Source: Chiloscyllium plagiosum
Lineage: Eukaryota
Assembly: GCF_004010195.1 (NCBI RefSeq)
Contig: NC_057734.1
Span: forward strand, 39,533,520 to 39,597,519
Reading direction: 5' to 3'
Length of the DNA stretch: 64,000 nt
Position 1 is the first letter of the stretch, and every line of letters begins with the position of its first letter. The notes under the pieces are model-generated. The model had not been told where the DNA came from, made no database searches, and worked only from the letters and a program-made list of their open reading frames with translations. Below, piece after piece: positions 39,201 to 51,455 of this stretch. Both the position numbers and the translations under genes were made by a program.

Positions 39201-41036
39201 ATAGCATCACAGAATCCTCCATTTTGCTCTAACTTTACTGTCCAAAGCACAATGACAAGACAAATCTGCATTTGAAATAATTGTTGATTTTAATTTATTC
39301 ACTGGATTTGAGCATTAGATATTTTCAGGCAAATGATCTGGTTTAAATTAGTGAAATTACATGGTAGGAGTTTTGTTTGCATCCAGTTGGGCATGTGCAT
39401 AATCTTTCAGTGACTCAACTGAACCTTCCTGCCACATTTCTCAGCAGCAGTCAATAATTTATTGATGGGTGTGTCTGACTACTTTCTCAAGTGCGGTGGT
39501 GAACACTGATGTCAGGCATCTGTCATAACACAAAGGCTACTTCCCAGAGGCTGGTACAATTACAACATTTAAAAGGCATCTGGATGGGTAAATGAATAGT
39601 AAAGATTTAGAGGGATATGGGCTAAATGCTGGCAAATGCAACTAGATTTATATAGGATGTCTGATCAGCATGGACAAGTTGGACCGAAGGGTCTCTTTCC
39701 ATGTTGTACGGCTCAGTGACTGTATTTCTAGGTGCTGTCTATAAGGTTTCCAGAGATAGAAAGGATGCTTAGTTACAAACGGATTGTTAGCCCACATTGA
39801 TGGTTACAGTGGAGTAAGAGACATCTCCCTTGTTGTGGAAGTAACAATGTTGTACCTTTTTCGCTTTTTTTTTAAATTGCATGTTCATGTATCTTACTCC
39901 CCACTCTGCAGCATACAGTTGAACTTGCAGGCTCAGCTGACCCTCTCTTCCATATATTGGAAATGACGTTGTGCAAGTTCACTCTCAGCAGGGATAATTA
40001 AAATGCTATAGGTGAACTCAAAGCTTGCAAGGATCCTGCCAGCTGACACTCTGAGATAGGCCCACTGTTACCCATTTCAGTGGGCCTATCCTTATTTTCT
40101 TGCCTGAAGTATCTGTCGTCTTCACACCTGGGATATCTCATCCTTTCCACTTTACTGTTGCATGCCCCCATATCACCCCATTATCTTTCTTCCCTTGAAT
40201 CCCTCTCTGTTTCTCCGTTGCATTAAGCCAGTTTTGCAGACCTCATTTCATCATTTTGCTGGTCCAGAGCCTCTACGAAAGCTATCTTGCTGCGGTTCCC
40301 CTCTGTTGTGGTATACAGTTCATCAAAGAAACTGATGACCTCAGATACAGCTACCTGATGTCGCTTAGTGCATGCGACCTGTTTTAAAAAAAATGGGATG
40401 CCAAAGAGCACTGATGTTATCTTGAAAACAGGACGTCATTAAAAAATCATTCTAAGCTAATGTCTGTAAATTTACTACACGTTTAAACCTCCCACAGGCT
40501 AGTTAAGTGTGACGTGCTGCTGTCTGTATCTCAGTCCACCACCAGGAAATTTAAATTTTGCATCCCACCTAATTCAGTCACCCTCCACTATGCTTCCTGC
40601 CCTTTCAGGCTTCATCTCACCACCACCTCCAACAATCATTCATCAACATTAAAATTTCATTACGTTATAGAAATGTGCAAAAACGAAGGCAGCTCACCAC
40701 TACCTTCTCAAGAGCAACTAGGGACAGGCAATAAATATTGACCAGCCAGCAACACCTATGATCCATAAGTTTAAAAACAAAAATAAAATTATTTGTACCA
40801 GATTATCAAACCACACAAACATTCTATAAAAATTGCCTGTTTGTTTTCGTCAATATTATTCTACATTTCTTGCAAACTTGCTTCCTATTTTCGTTTCCGT
40901 TGCTTCTTTCCAAAAATTCTAAAGGGGATCTGTTTATTGGAGTATGTCTTTGTTTACAACAGATGTAATGCATATTATGGTGTAGCTTCCCATTGACAAC
41001 CTTGGTAACTGTGTTCTTTTTTTTCCCTTTTGTTAG

Positions 41037-41088
41037 CTGAGACCAATGAAGACAAGCGTATTTCGGTTTCAATTCGACCAAGTCTGAG
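41037..41088 (+). CDS. C12orf43: CUSTOS exon 2
   Basis: Polypyrimidine tract + TAG acceptor, AG|GTATCT donor; encodes ETNEDKRISVSIRPSLR (PSLR conserved); phase 1 to 2. Confidence 0.8.
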
Positions 41089-41284
41089 GTATCTGCACAC
41101 AACTTTTTTTTCAGCTATTAGAGGGTATTTGACCGTATGGAATGTATAAATGCTGCAGCAACTGTGTTCATGTTTTATTGTTCAGTTAGCACCAAAAAGA
41201 ACACGTTAAACTTTTCAGTATCTTGGACATGCTTCAGTATCTGATGAGTTACGAATAACATGCCCACTTTTGACCTTATGTTAG

Positions 41285-43137
41285 AATGCAAGTCATTGAT
41301 GAAGCAGCTAAAGGTGGTTGGGCCGAGGACACTCTCCTATGGAACACCTGAGATAATGTTCTAGACCTGACTTGCAACAACCACGACCATTATCCTGTAC
41401 GCCAGAAGCAATAACAGAATTTGTTGGAGAGAAAGCAAGGTTCCGTGACCCTTGTTCAGCAATTTCTGTTTTAGTTTCTGATTTTCAGCATGTGCAGTTC
41501 TTTGGGGTTTTTTTAAACTTAGTGCCAGGTGTGATTCCAACCAACAGACATTTTACCCCCCCCCCCCAATTCCAGTTGCTACCTGTTTTGTTAGGCTTCT
41601 TAGTGGTCGCATGCAGCCTTGATGTCAAAGGCTGTCGCTCTCGCCTGACCTCTGGAGTTCAGCACTTTTGACCATTTTTGAAGCAAGGCTATAATGAGGT
41701 CAGGAGCTGAGTGGCCTTGACAGAACCCAAACTGCATGTCACTGCGCAGATAGCACTGTTTGTGACACTTTCCATCACTACACTGATGATCGAGAGTAGA
41801 CCGATGGGAAGGTAATTGTCTGGGTTGAATTTGTCTTGCTTATTATATACAGGGCATACGTGGGCAATTTGCCACATTGTCAGGTAGTTTCAAATAGTGC
41901 CCTTCTGCACTTTCCATTGAACCAGGGTCGATCCCCTGGCTTGATGGTCATGGATGAGTGGGGGATATATTGCACCATGGGGTTGCAGATTGTGCTGGAA
42001 TACAATTCTGCTACTTTTGCTGGCCCACAGCACCTCATGTTTGCCCAGTCTTGAGTTGCTAGATCTGTTCGAAATCTATCCGTTTAGCATTGCGATAGTG
42101 TCACATGATATGATGGTGGGTATTCTCAAAGTGAAGGCAGGACTTCATCTACAGAAGGACCATGTGGTGGTATCTCTTATGGAAACTGACATGGATAGAT
42201 GCATCTGCAGCCAGCAGATTGGTGAGGGTGAGATCAAATTTTTCCCACTTGTTAGTTCCCTTAATACTTCCCACAAACCCAGTCTAGCTGTTACGTCCTT
42301 TAGGACACAACATTACTGGTCAAATCTCACCAGTAGTACTACTGAACTACTCCTGGTGATGGACCTTGATTCACAGTACATTTTACACCCTTGCCACTTA
42401 GTGTTTCCTCCAAGTGTTGTTCATTATGGAGGAAAACTGGTTCATGATCCGAGGAAGGATGTGGTAAGCAACAGGAGTTTTCTTTGCCCATGTTTAACAT
42501 GAATCCATGAGACACTGAGCAGTCTAGAGTCAATGTTGACCATGGCAACTCCCGACCGATTGTATACCCCTGTTCTGCCTCCTGTGCTGGGTTTGTCCTG
42601 CTGGTGGACAGGAGATATCCAGGGATGGTGATGCTGGTGGGACACTACCTGTAAGGTTTGGTAAAGAAAAGACTATTGTTTGACTCATTTATGAGACAAC
42701 GAGAAGCACTAGCCCCTAGATGTTAGTAAGGAGGATTTTATGGGGTCGACGGGGCTGTTTCTGCATTGTCTTTTCTGAAACCTAGGTTGATGCCAGTTGG
42801 CCTGTCTGATCTGAGACTTCATAGCAATTGATACAACTGAGCGGGCATTTCGGGGGCAGGTGACAGTCAACCAGATTCCTGTTCATCTGGAGACACATGT
42901 CGGCCAGACCAGGTGAGGATAGCAGATTTCCTTCCCTGAGGACTTTAGTGAACAGATGAGTTTTTCTGACAATCAACAGTGATTTCAGTCATTTTCTGGT
43001 CTTAATTAGAGATTTTGTTTTATCGAATTCAAATGGCACCATCTGCCATGGTGAGATTGGACCCCAGAACCCTAGAATGTTAGCTGAGTTTCTGGACTAA
43101 TAGTCTAGCAATAATATCACAGGGCCATTGCCTCCCC
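41285..43137 (-). mobile_element. Degenerate LINE (APE endonuclease + RT) with tRNA-SINE-like 5' head
   Basis: Minus strand: SINE head, then NI.GL, QDKPSTGGRTGVY, SWIHVKHGQRKLLL, then WQIAHVCPVYNKQDKFNPDNYLPIGLLSII. Confidence 0.8.
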
Positions 43138-43450
43138 AAGGCTTACTTCATGCTGCATGTTTAAAAATACATTCTGAATTTCATAATGAATGAGCATCAC
43201 AAAATGGAACTTGACAAATTAACAGGATGAATTAACTATTAATTCATGCTATTGGAATGCAACCTAAGTAATACATATAAATATTACTTTTGATGTGATA
43301 ATGCAAGCAGTGTCCTAAATATTTGTAAAAGTTCGCAATTTCTATAGAGTTCCTTAATGAGAAACATGGATGCACGATTATGGCTCCCTTACACATCCTT
43401 TACACTTTTTGTGATTTATTTTATTCCTGATTTTTTTCCCTCTCCTATAG

Positions 43451-43549
43451 GCAGAAAGTAGATGATCACCAGCATGATGGAAATGAGCTGCAAACAACAC
43501 CTGAATTTCGATGTCATGTTGCAAAAAGGCTGGGTGCCTTGCTAGATAG
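43451..43549 (+). CDS. C12orf43: CUSTOS exon 3
   Basis: [33 protein letters not shown], the Custos hallmark motif; canonical AG/GT ends, phase 2 to 2. Confidence 0.95.
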
Positions 43550-44634
43550 GTAGGAAGAGTTAATGCTCTTATAGTTCTTGGCTGTGAATGTAACATGTAC
43601 TCATGTCACATTACATTCCCAGGCAACCTGATTTTGTTTTTAATGCTGCTGTTTGCTGGAGTTAAGTATTTCTTTGCTTACTGTGGAGCAATAGTGGCGG
43701 TTATAACCAATTAAGTCTAACTTAAGAATTAACAGTTCTGTTTGGTAAAAATGGTTGTTCAGTCAAAATTGAAAAACTATCTTTTAATGTTTTAAGTTTG
43801 TAAATGTATAAAAGTGTCAAATTTATTGGTAATATCAAAACTAGGTGATATTTTCTCTTGCAGCATCTGATTTCTGTTACTTTGAGTATGCTGTAGAATT
43901 TGCAAAGCTCATTTCAATATCAAGTGATGAAAATTAGGCACTCCAGTAGCTGTAAAATATTGAACATTTATCACTTTGATCTTGTTACATACTTAGTGAG
44001 CTTTTAACTTTCTGAAGGCATCTGCCTCTACTTGAGTACATAGCAGAGGTCTTCATTTATCCTCTGCGCTATATTGACTCCTTGTCAAATGACAATGTTT
44101 CTCTCGTTGTGACCCTCACTTTCTACTCATTATGACCCTGTAAAGCACTCCTGAATGTTTTGGTGCATTGTATTAAAACAGGTGTTCTACAGCTCAAGGG
44201 ATCAGTGACCAAAAGAGAAAGTAAATCATACTAGTTTTTTAAGTGCATAAGAATTTTACTTAACTTGGTTTTGCAAAGTACATCTAAGATGCTTTTCAAT
44301 GTATTTATAAGTAATATTTGTCATTTCATCTGGTACAGTTTAGTGAGTATGTAATTCTATTATTTGACTTTGGTCAGGACAGTGACAAGAGCAGATTTCA
44401 GGGCTCAGAGACCAGCATGACTTGATCTGCCATATTTTTCTTTAAAAATTACAAAATGTGTATCTAATCTTTTTGTCCTAACAATTTGATTAATTTATGT
44501 AGACCAATCAGAAACAAAAACAAACCTCTGTGAAATTAAGTGTAAGAAGACCATCCATTCATGAGCCACTTTCATTATATCATGGAGTTTTATTCCCCTA
44601 CCGTTTCCTTTGTGTAATATATGGGGAGATAGGG

Positions 44635-44985
44635 GTGTGGTGATAAAGTAATATTCCAAAAAAAACTAATTCTCAGAGAGTACATATTCGAATCTCACCA
44701 TGGCAGAAATGATGTAGAAATGAAATGTGATCGATTTTTTAAAAAAAGTGGATTGAAAGTTAGTATCAATAATGGTGACCATGACAATTATCATTAATTA
44801 TTGTAAAAATGTCCTGTGGAGGGAATGGAATCTGAAATTATCTGATCAGACGTACATGTGATTCAAGTCTACAGCAGTGTCCTTGACTCTTAAGTGCTGT
44901 CTGAAATGGCAAGTCATAAGCAATTAAGAATGGGTGACAAATACTGTCCTTGATAGCAACACTCACATCCCATAAAAGAATAAAT
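44635..44985 (+). mobile_element. Degenerate Deu/SacSINE1-like SINE
   Basis: TTCGAATCTCACCATGGCAG, AATGGTGACCATGA, tail CACATCCCATAAAAGAATAAA. Confidence 0.6.
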
Positions 44986-45744
44986 ATTTTTAAAAATGAG
45001 ATCGCACTGCAGAACAGTTTTATTTTGTTCCTCCTACGATGATCAAAACATTGGTAGAGAAAAGGAATTAGAAAGGCTGGTGTAAAAGCTGAGAAGTCAC
45101 CACAATCAGATGGGGTGTATCTGAAGCCTCTGAGGGAAGTCAGGTGGAAATTGCAAAAACACCAACTGGCCATAAACTTCTAATTCTTCTTTGATACTGG
45201 GATGATGCCAGAGGACTGGTAAATTACTAATGTTACACCTTTATTGATTTAAAAAAAAATGTAAGATCAAGCCAAAATCAGTCAGTTTAATCGCCATCAA
45301 AGGAAAGCTTTTAGAAATAATAATCTGGGACAAAGTTAACACTCAATTGGACAAGTGTGGCTGATTCACAGGGCAAAAGGTATTTCATTAATTTGATGGA
45401 GTTCTGATGAGGTAACAGGGATGTTCGATTGAATCATGCAATTTATGTGGCATGCACAACTTCCAAAACCGAAGTGAAAAGTGCCGCATTATACTCTTGT
45501 TCACAAAGTTGAAACTAACGTAGTGAGAAAAGCAGTGGCAGCCTATGTATTGCTACAGGAAAGAAAGAGAAGTGGTGAAAGGTTGTTTCTCAGACCAAAA
45601 GAAGGTATATAGTGGGGTTTCCTAGGGTCAGAATTAGGGCTCGTGTTTTTCTTGATCAATCTAGATGACGTGTTATTTGGTAAATAACATGGGTATTAAC
45701 TTTGTGGCATACTGTAAGACATTACAGTCACGATTGACAATCAC

Positions 45745-46150
45745 ATAGTAGTGTAGAACTTAAACTTCTGAAAAGAGATACAAATTGTTGAAACTTTTGG
45801 TCTTACACTCAGCAGGACATATGCAAGGCTGCTAAATTTTAAATAATCACAAGATATGCTACAATTAAGGAGGTGCTGATTGATTGGTAAGTCGAATCTG
45901 GTCAAGGTTTTGCCATGGAGAAAGCTATTGTGTCCCCATGCTTTCAGATAATTCAAAAAAGACACAAGGCTTGAACTTTTTTTTTGTTTGCAAATTACTG
46001 GTTCCTGCATGTGAGTATTTACCGCTGCTATCAAATGTAAATCAGCCACCTTATGAGCGTGATTGATTATCTTAAATTTGTTTTCAGTGTGGTTAGTAAC
46101 TCTGTCAGGGTTGTTCAGCAAGTGTTGCTCAATTACAAACTCACACCCAA
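45745..46150 (-). mobile_element. Old Penelope-like GIY-YIG C-terminal remnant
   Basis: IEQHLLNNP...FKIINHA...EPVICKQK; degenerate hammerhead TGTC-CTGCTGA-GTGTAAGAC-CAAAAG near 45787-45819. Confidence 0.6.
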
Positions 46151-46650
46151 CAGTAGATAATTTGTTTGTAAGCATGAGCTGTTAGTGTGACCTGATTCTG
46201 CCTATTATGAACAGATGGAGGAACATGCTGTTTGATTGATCAGTGAATTGTTGGGATATTTGGCCTATGTACCTGATATTGCAGCAGCACAGAAATTCAC
46301 ATGGGGCATGACTCAAAACTGTTTTAGGCAGAAGGTCCTTATCATTGACGGTACCATTCTATTTGTTAAAAAAAATCCTCTCGTGTCATGACTGCTGTGT
46401 AGCAGTGTGAAAGTTTCAGCAACATGTCTGTCTTTTCAGCAATGAACAGTCAATTCACACCTGTATAAGTATAGAATGTGATCTTTTTTCAGAATGAGAA
46501 CAAGTAAAGCTTCAAATGACTAACATACTATATACAATCATGATCCATAGTCAATCCGCAACAGATGTTGCTTTGAACTAGATAGAAGCTATATGAAAAT
46601 AGAAGTACAATTCAATCATATTCTTAATGACAGTATATTTTACTTTTCAG

Positions 46651-46715
46651 TATCATTACTGTTGACAGTTCTGTGCAGTCTTCACAGCAACAAGTAGAGG
46701 ATGGTGATGAAGAAG
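46651..46715 (+). CDS. C12orf43: CUSTOS exon 4
   Basis: TTTTCAG acceptor, G|GTAATT donor; IITVDSSVQSSQQQVEDGDEEG; phase 2 to 1. Confidence 0.85.
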
Positions 46716-47248
46716 GTAATTTGATTATCTCCCTGTTTACACTATGAAAATGAGGTAGATGATCAGCCATGAGTCTGTGGAATATATGGGTTGATTAGCT
46801 TATTCCTACTCCTGTTGCTGGTGCTGCAAAAATACGTTATTTTAATGCAGCTTCAAGAAAACTATTTTTGGCTAAATATATTAATTTATAGTGTACCATT
46901 GCATTATTGCTTTTAGAAGTTGTGAATGCTATACTTCTGGTGAAAGATTGGAGAATAGTTCATTTTTTGTTAAGGTACTGTCATCAAGGCCAGGTAAAGT
47001 TAGCACAGAATAGCTGCTTGTTGTAAATGCTATTGCAATAGTGTGACATGGTGCCATTTCCCTTACAATCCATCCCATAGCTTCTGAATTAAATTAGCTG
47101 ATTCATGCTGACTAAGTTATATCGGCTGGAAATTAAATTGTGCAAGAATGTGCAAGTCCACTGCAGAAGCCCTTCATCTTTCAGATCTATATTGCATTTT
47201 TTTAAGATTTAAAGGGCCCCGACCCTAAGATTTGTTTTTCTTTTGCAG

Positions 47249-47339
47249 GGTTTCGTTTATTCTCCACATCTGTTCCAGGGGATTGTGGAAAAGTAGAATC
47301 CACACCTGCAGTTAAACAGAGACGTCCATCCAGTTCAAG
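47249..47339 (+). CDS. C12orf43: CUSTOS exon 5
   Basis: GFRLFSTSVPG...KQRRPSSSS matches the conserved GFRLFFTSVPG motif; canonical sites, phase 1 to 2. Confidence 0.93.
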
Positions 47340-48690
47340 GTAGTGTCTGATTCTTCAATAGACCTGCTACTTAGGTCATAAATTTTTGGACCATATTGGA
47401 TTCTTGTCAAAATCATAAAAAGAGAACTCCCACAGTTCAAAGATGGGCAGTTTAGGGTGGATTGGCCATGCTAAATTGCCCATAGTGTCCAGGGATGTGC
47501 AAGCTAGGTGGGTTAGCCATGGTACAGGGATAGGGTAGGTCCAGGTGGGATGCTCTTGAAAGGGGGGGACTCAATAGGCCGAATAGGTCTGCTTCCACAC
47601 TGTAGAAATTCTATGATTCCATGAAAACTAAATTATAGACCAGGTATTTCCAACTTTTTTCTCATTGCAACCCAAAATAGGTTGGCACTTTCAATTGTTA
47701 AATTGGGTCCCATGTTAGATTTAGAACCATACACAAATTTGGGTCTCAGTGAGATGCTCTAGAATAGTGCTTCTTCACTATGTACCTCTGACGACTTGAT
47801 GTTTGTACTTGTCTTCCCTGCAGCCTGCTCACGCTGTCCCAGTATTGGCTTCTCTGCCCCACCACCACCTCCATCCTGGTCATTTCTCTCGCAGGCTTCC
47901 TGCCCACAGCTTCTCACCATACACTCTGGTTCGCTCCTCTTACTCTCTGTCATCATTCTTCCCTTCACTTCCCACCCTGAGCCTGCCATTCACTCTCTCT
48001 TGCTGCCTCGTTTCCTTCCTTCCCCTCCCTGCCTTTTACTCAAGCCTTTGTTCACATCAAAGATTTTAGAGAAGGAAGCCGTGTGCAAGAGAGCAGGTTG
48101 TTAAACAGAGGATGGGTCACAGGGAAGTGGCAAGTGGTAACATAATAGAACATAATAACTAATTTTTATTTTTTCGTTCTCTGATTTATTGAAGACTGTT
48201 AATCTGATGTAGATTTGTTAATATGGCTGAGAGAACCTTATTAATCACAAAACATGCAAGCTCAATAAGAGTCAAAGAGATTTTTAACTCTATGATATGG
48301 AATATATTCCATAACCACCTACTGAAGGAACAGCGCTCTGAAAGCTAGTGCTTCCACATAAACCTGTTGGACTAGAACCTGGTGTTGTGTGATTTTGTAC
48401 TTTGTTCACCCCAGTCCAACACCGGCATTTCCAAATCAAGAATCATCGAGTCATACAGCACGGAAACAGACTCTTCGGTCTAACCAGTCCAAGCCAAACA
48501 TAATCCCAAGCTCAGCTAGTCCTGCCTGCCTGCTCCTGACCCATACCCCTCCAAATCTTTCCGTTTCATATACTTGTCTAAGTGCCTTTTAAATATTGTA
48601 ACTGTGCCCACCACTTGCTCAGAGTGTCAAGTCCTCTGCTGGATATTAACCTTGTTTAACATAATTGAAAATGGCTTCATAATACTGTAG

Positions 48691-48888
48691 TCGAGATTGT
48701 GTTGCTGGAAAAGCACAGCAGGTCAGGCAGCATCCGAGGAGTAGGAGAATCGACATTTCAGTCTGGAGCCCTTCATCAGGATCATCCTGATGATTCTCCT
48801 GCTCCTCGGATGCTGCCTGACCTGCTGTGCTTTTCCAGCACCACACTCTCGAACTCTGATCTCCAGCATCTGCAGACCTCACTTTCTC
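48691..48888. mobile_element. Palindromic Penelope-terminus derivative
   Basis: 16-bp TSD CTTCATAATACTGTAG at 48675-48690 and 48889-48904; inverted arms. Confidence 0.9.
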
Positions 48889-51109
48889 CTTCATAATACT
48901 GTAGCAAATCATTTAATAGTTCAATTTCTGTACACTTCTCAGTTTCTTAGTAGGCACATTTTGAATCGAAGAAATTCTGAGACATCCGAGAAAATGTTTG
49001 TGATCCTCAAAATAAGTGCAACTCAAAAAGCTTTCCTGAAAGCAGAAATGTTCACAGACACTCTCATTTCTGATAAATAATTAATGTAAATATTGGAAAG
49101 ATTATCATTTGTTCCCAAAGGTTAAACAATGAACTGCTACAATCGCCATCGGTTAAAAGGCAAGAGTATAGTATATGAGAAAAAGTAGAGAATTTATACT
49201 CCATATTTATGAAATGTTGTTTAGGTCATTCTTTGCATATATTATACAGTTCCTAACTTGTTTATCTTGTTTGTAAATGTATCAAATATTGTAATTAAGT
49301 CTATAAATAAATTCTACTAGTGACCCAACTAAATCTCCAATATCCCTAATGGCCTGCATTTTTAGTGAATAGAATGGCCAACAGTCCTAGAAGTGACTGC
49401 TGCAGATCAGCTCAAAAATAAACTGAAAATTATAGTCCTGTTAATATTTATGTGGGCAGAAGGAGTATAAATATGTCCAAAACAATGTACAGCTTGTACA
49501 TTATTCTGAGATGTATCCATTGTTGTAATGCTTGTTCACCTGACTGTTTACTTCTCAAGGACAATTGTTCAAAATAGTAACATTTTCCTCTCTGCCAGTG
49601 TTGACTCCCCAAATGGGTGTTCCAGCTTTTTCTGTTTTTCAGTCAAATTAACGTCTTTACTGTAGCCATAATTAATGTCTCTGAGTTTTCTATCTTGAAT
49701 AGTTTTGCTTTACTATTGTGGCTCAGCACCTTTAGATGTTCACTTCTTTAACCATTTGTTATCTCTGGATTTTGGAATCGAAAAATATTAAGTTTCAATG
49801 AGGATTTGGCAGTGAGCTTCAGCTGGGAATCTGGCAACTCTGTTGACCTTTCTGCTTAGTAATCAGCCACAGCATCACATGTGTACTACCAAATATAAGC
49901 TATGTTCCCTAGAATTTTCAGTCATAATGCCTCTATAATTTATAATTAATTTGTAAAATCTTTGGCTTTCACTGCTTGACAACTAAAAAAGGATCTGTAT
50001 GATAGATTGTGAGACTCTTGTGGAGCAGTGGTAGTGTCCCTACCTCCAGGCCAAAAGGCCTGAGTTTGAGTCCCACTTGCTCCAGAGATTTGCTATAACA
50101 CCCCTGAACAGGGTTGCTTAGAAAATATCAATAATGAAATCATTCAGGACCATCAAGTCTATCTCTTGATGGCAAACCTCCTTTTTGATCACCAGCATCA
50201 CCAACTGCAATTTGGCTACTGACCTGGCTGGCGAAGTCATAGGAAAATCTAGGCAACTCTCAACGACTTGAGGACAGACCTTGGAATAGTTGGCCACTTG
50301 CTCCAAAAGTGGAACTGTTCAAGTTATGACTGTAATCACCCATGTCGGGCTCTTGTCCACCGATTGATCTCCTGCCCTATGTGTTCCATGATGACTGCCC
50401 TGAAGGCACCATAGCCATTCACACTGTGTCAGCTGAAGTCTAACATCAAACTGTTGCTGCTTTGTCAGCAAATTGCAGTGCTGACCTGAACTAGGCCTGA
50501 GGTAAAAATTTGCTCCATAGAATTTAGATTTAAAGAAATCAACTGAACAGCTTTTGATTTCCAAGTCAGGGTAACCACTCATCCCAAGTTTTAAGGGACT
50601 GTCCAACATTTGAGGAACCTGGTTTGTTTCCCATCCCGTTGCCAGCATTCAGCAGGAGCCCACCTCTCAAATCCCAGCCCCACCATCCCTTATTCTTTGA
50701 TAGTTTATGGTCAGCATATCAGCTAATGAAGCTTATTAATTTTTTGGCAGTTCTTCGAGCAATATGTGAATAATAAAGTATCTTCGATGCAGTGGAAATT
50801 TGAGAACTTGTGCTTAATTTCTGACAAATGTGAAGACTGTGTTGATAAATCAGCAGAGCTGCAGTTTGAAAAGAGCTGCTAGAGGGAGCTATGCAACAAT
50901 GTCGAGAAGGCCTCTGAGTTTTGTTGGTTCAGAAAATCACCTGCTTTTACTCATAATACAGTCCACACAGATTTGTTCTATATCTAAAGTGTTGGTGAAT
51001 AAACTAAAAAAAGGGAAAGAGAGTCTGATTTGGGAATCCTTTTCCTCTTATCTTATTCCCCTGGATTCTTGCTTATTCCCACACTCTCTGTTACACAATC
51101 TAAAGATCA

Positions 51110-51455
51110 TAGAATCATAAAATCCCTACAGTATGGACGCAGGCTGTTTGGCCAATTGAGTCTCACCGACCCTCTGAAGAACATTCCACCCATACCCAGC
51201 CCTGTACTTCCACCTAACCTAGCTAATCCACCTAACCTGCACATCCCTGGACACCATGAGGCAATTTAGCATGGCCAAACCACCTAACCTGCAGATCTTT
51301 GGACAGTGGGACGAAACCAGAGCAACCAGAAGAAACCCATGCAGACATGGGGAGAATGTGCAAATTCCACACAGATGGTTGCCCGAGGATAAAATTGAAC
51401 CCATGTCCCTCACACTGTGAAGCAGCAGTGCTAATCACTGAGCCACTGTGCTGCC
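51110..51455 (-). mobile_element. HE1/V-SINE-like SINE
   Basis: Reverse complement of the head (GCAGCAGTGCTAATCACTGAGCCAC) and GGCAATTTAGCATGGCCA core. Confidence 0.8.

Noticed and set aside
47759-48104. Overlapping ORFs in a pyrimidine-rich tract
   Set aside because: Low-complexity composition, no recognisable domain or convincing splice sites
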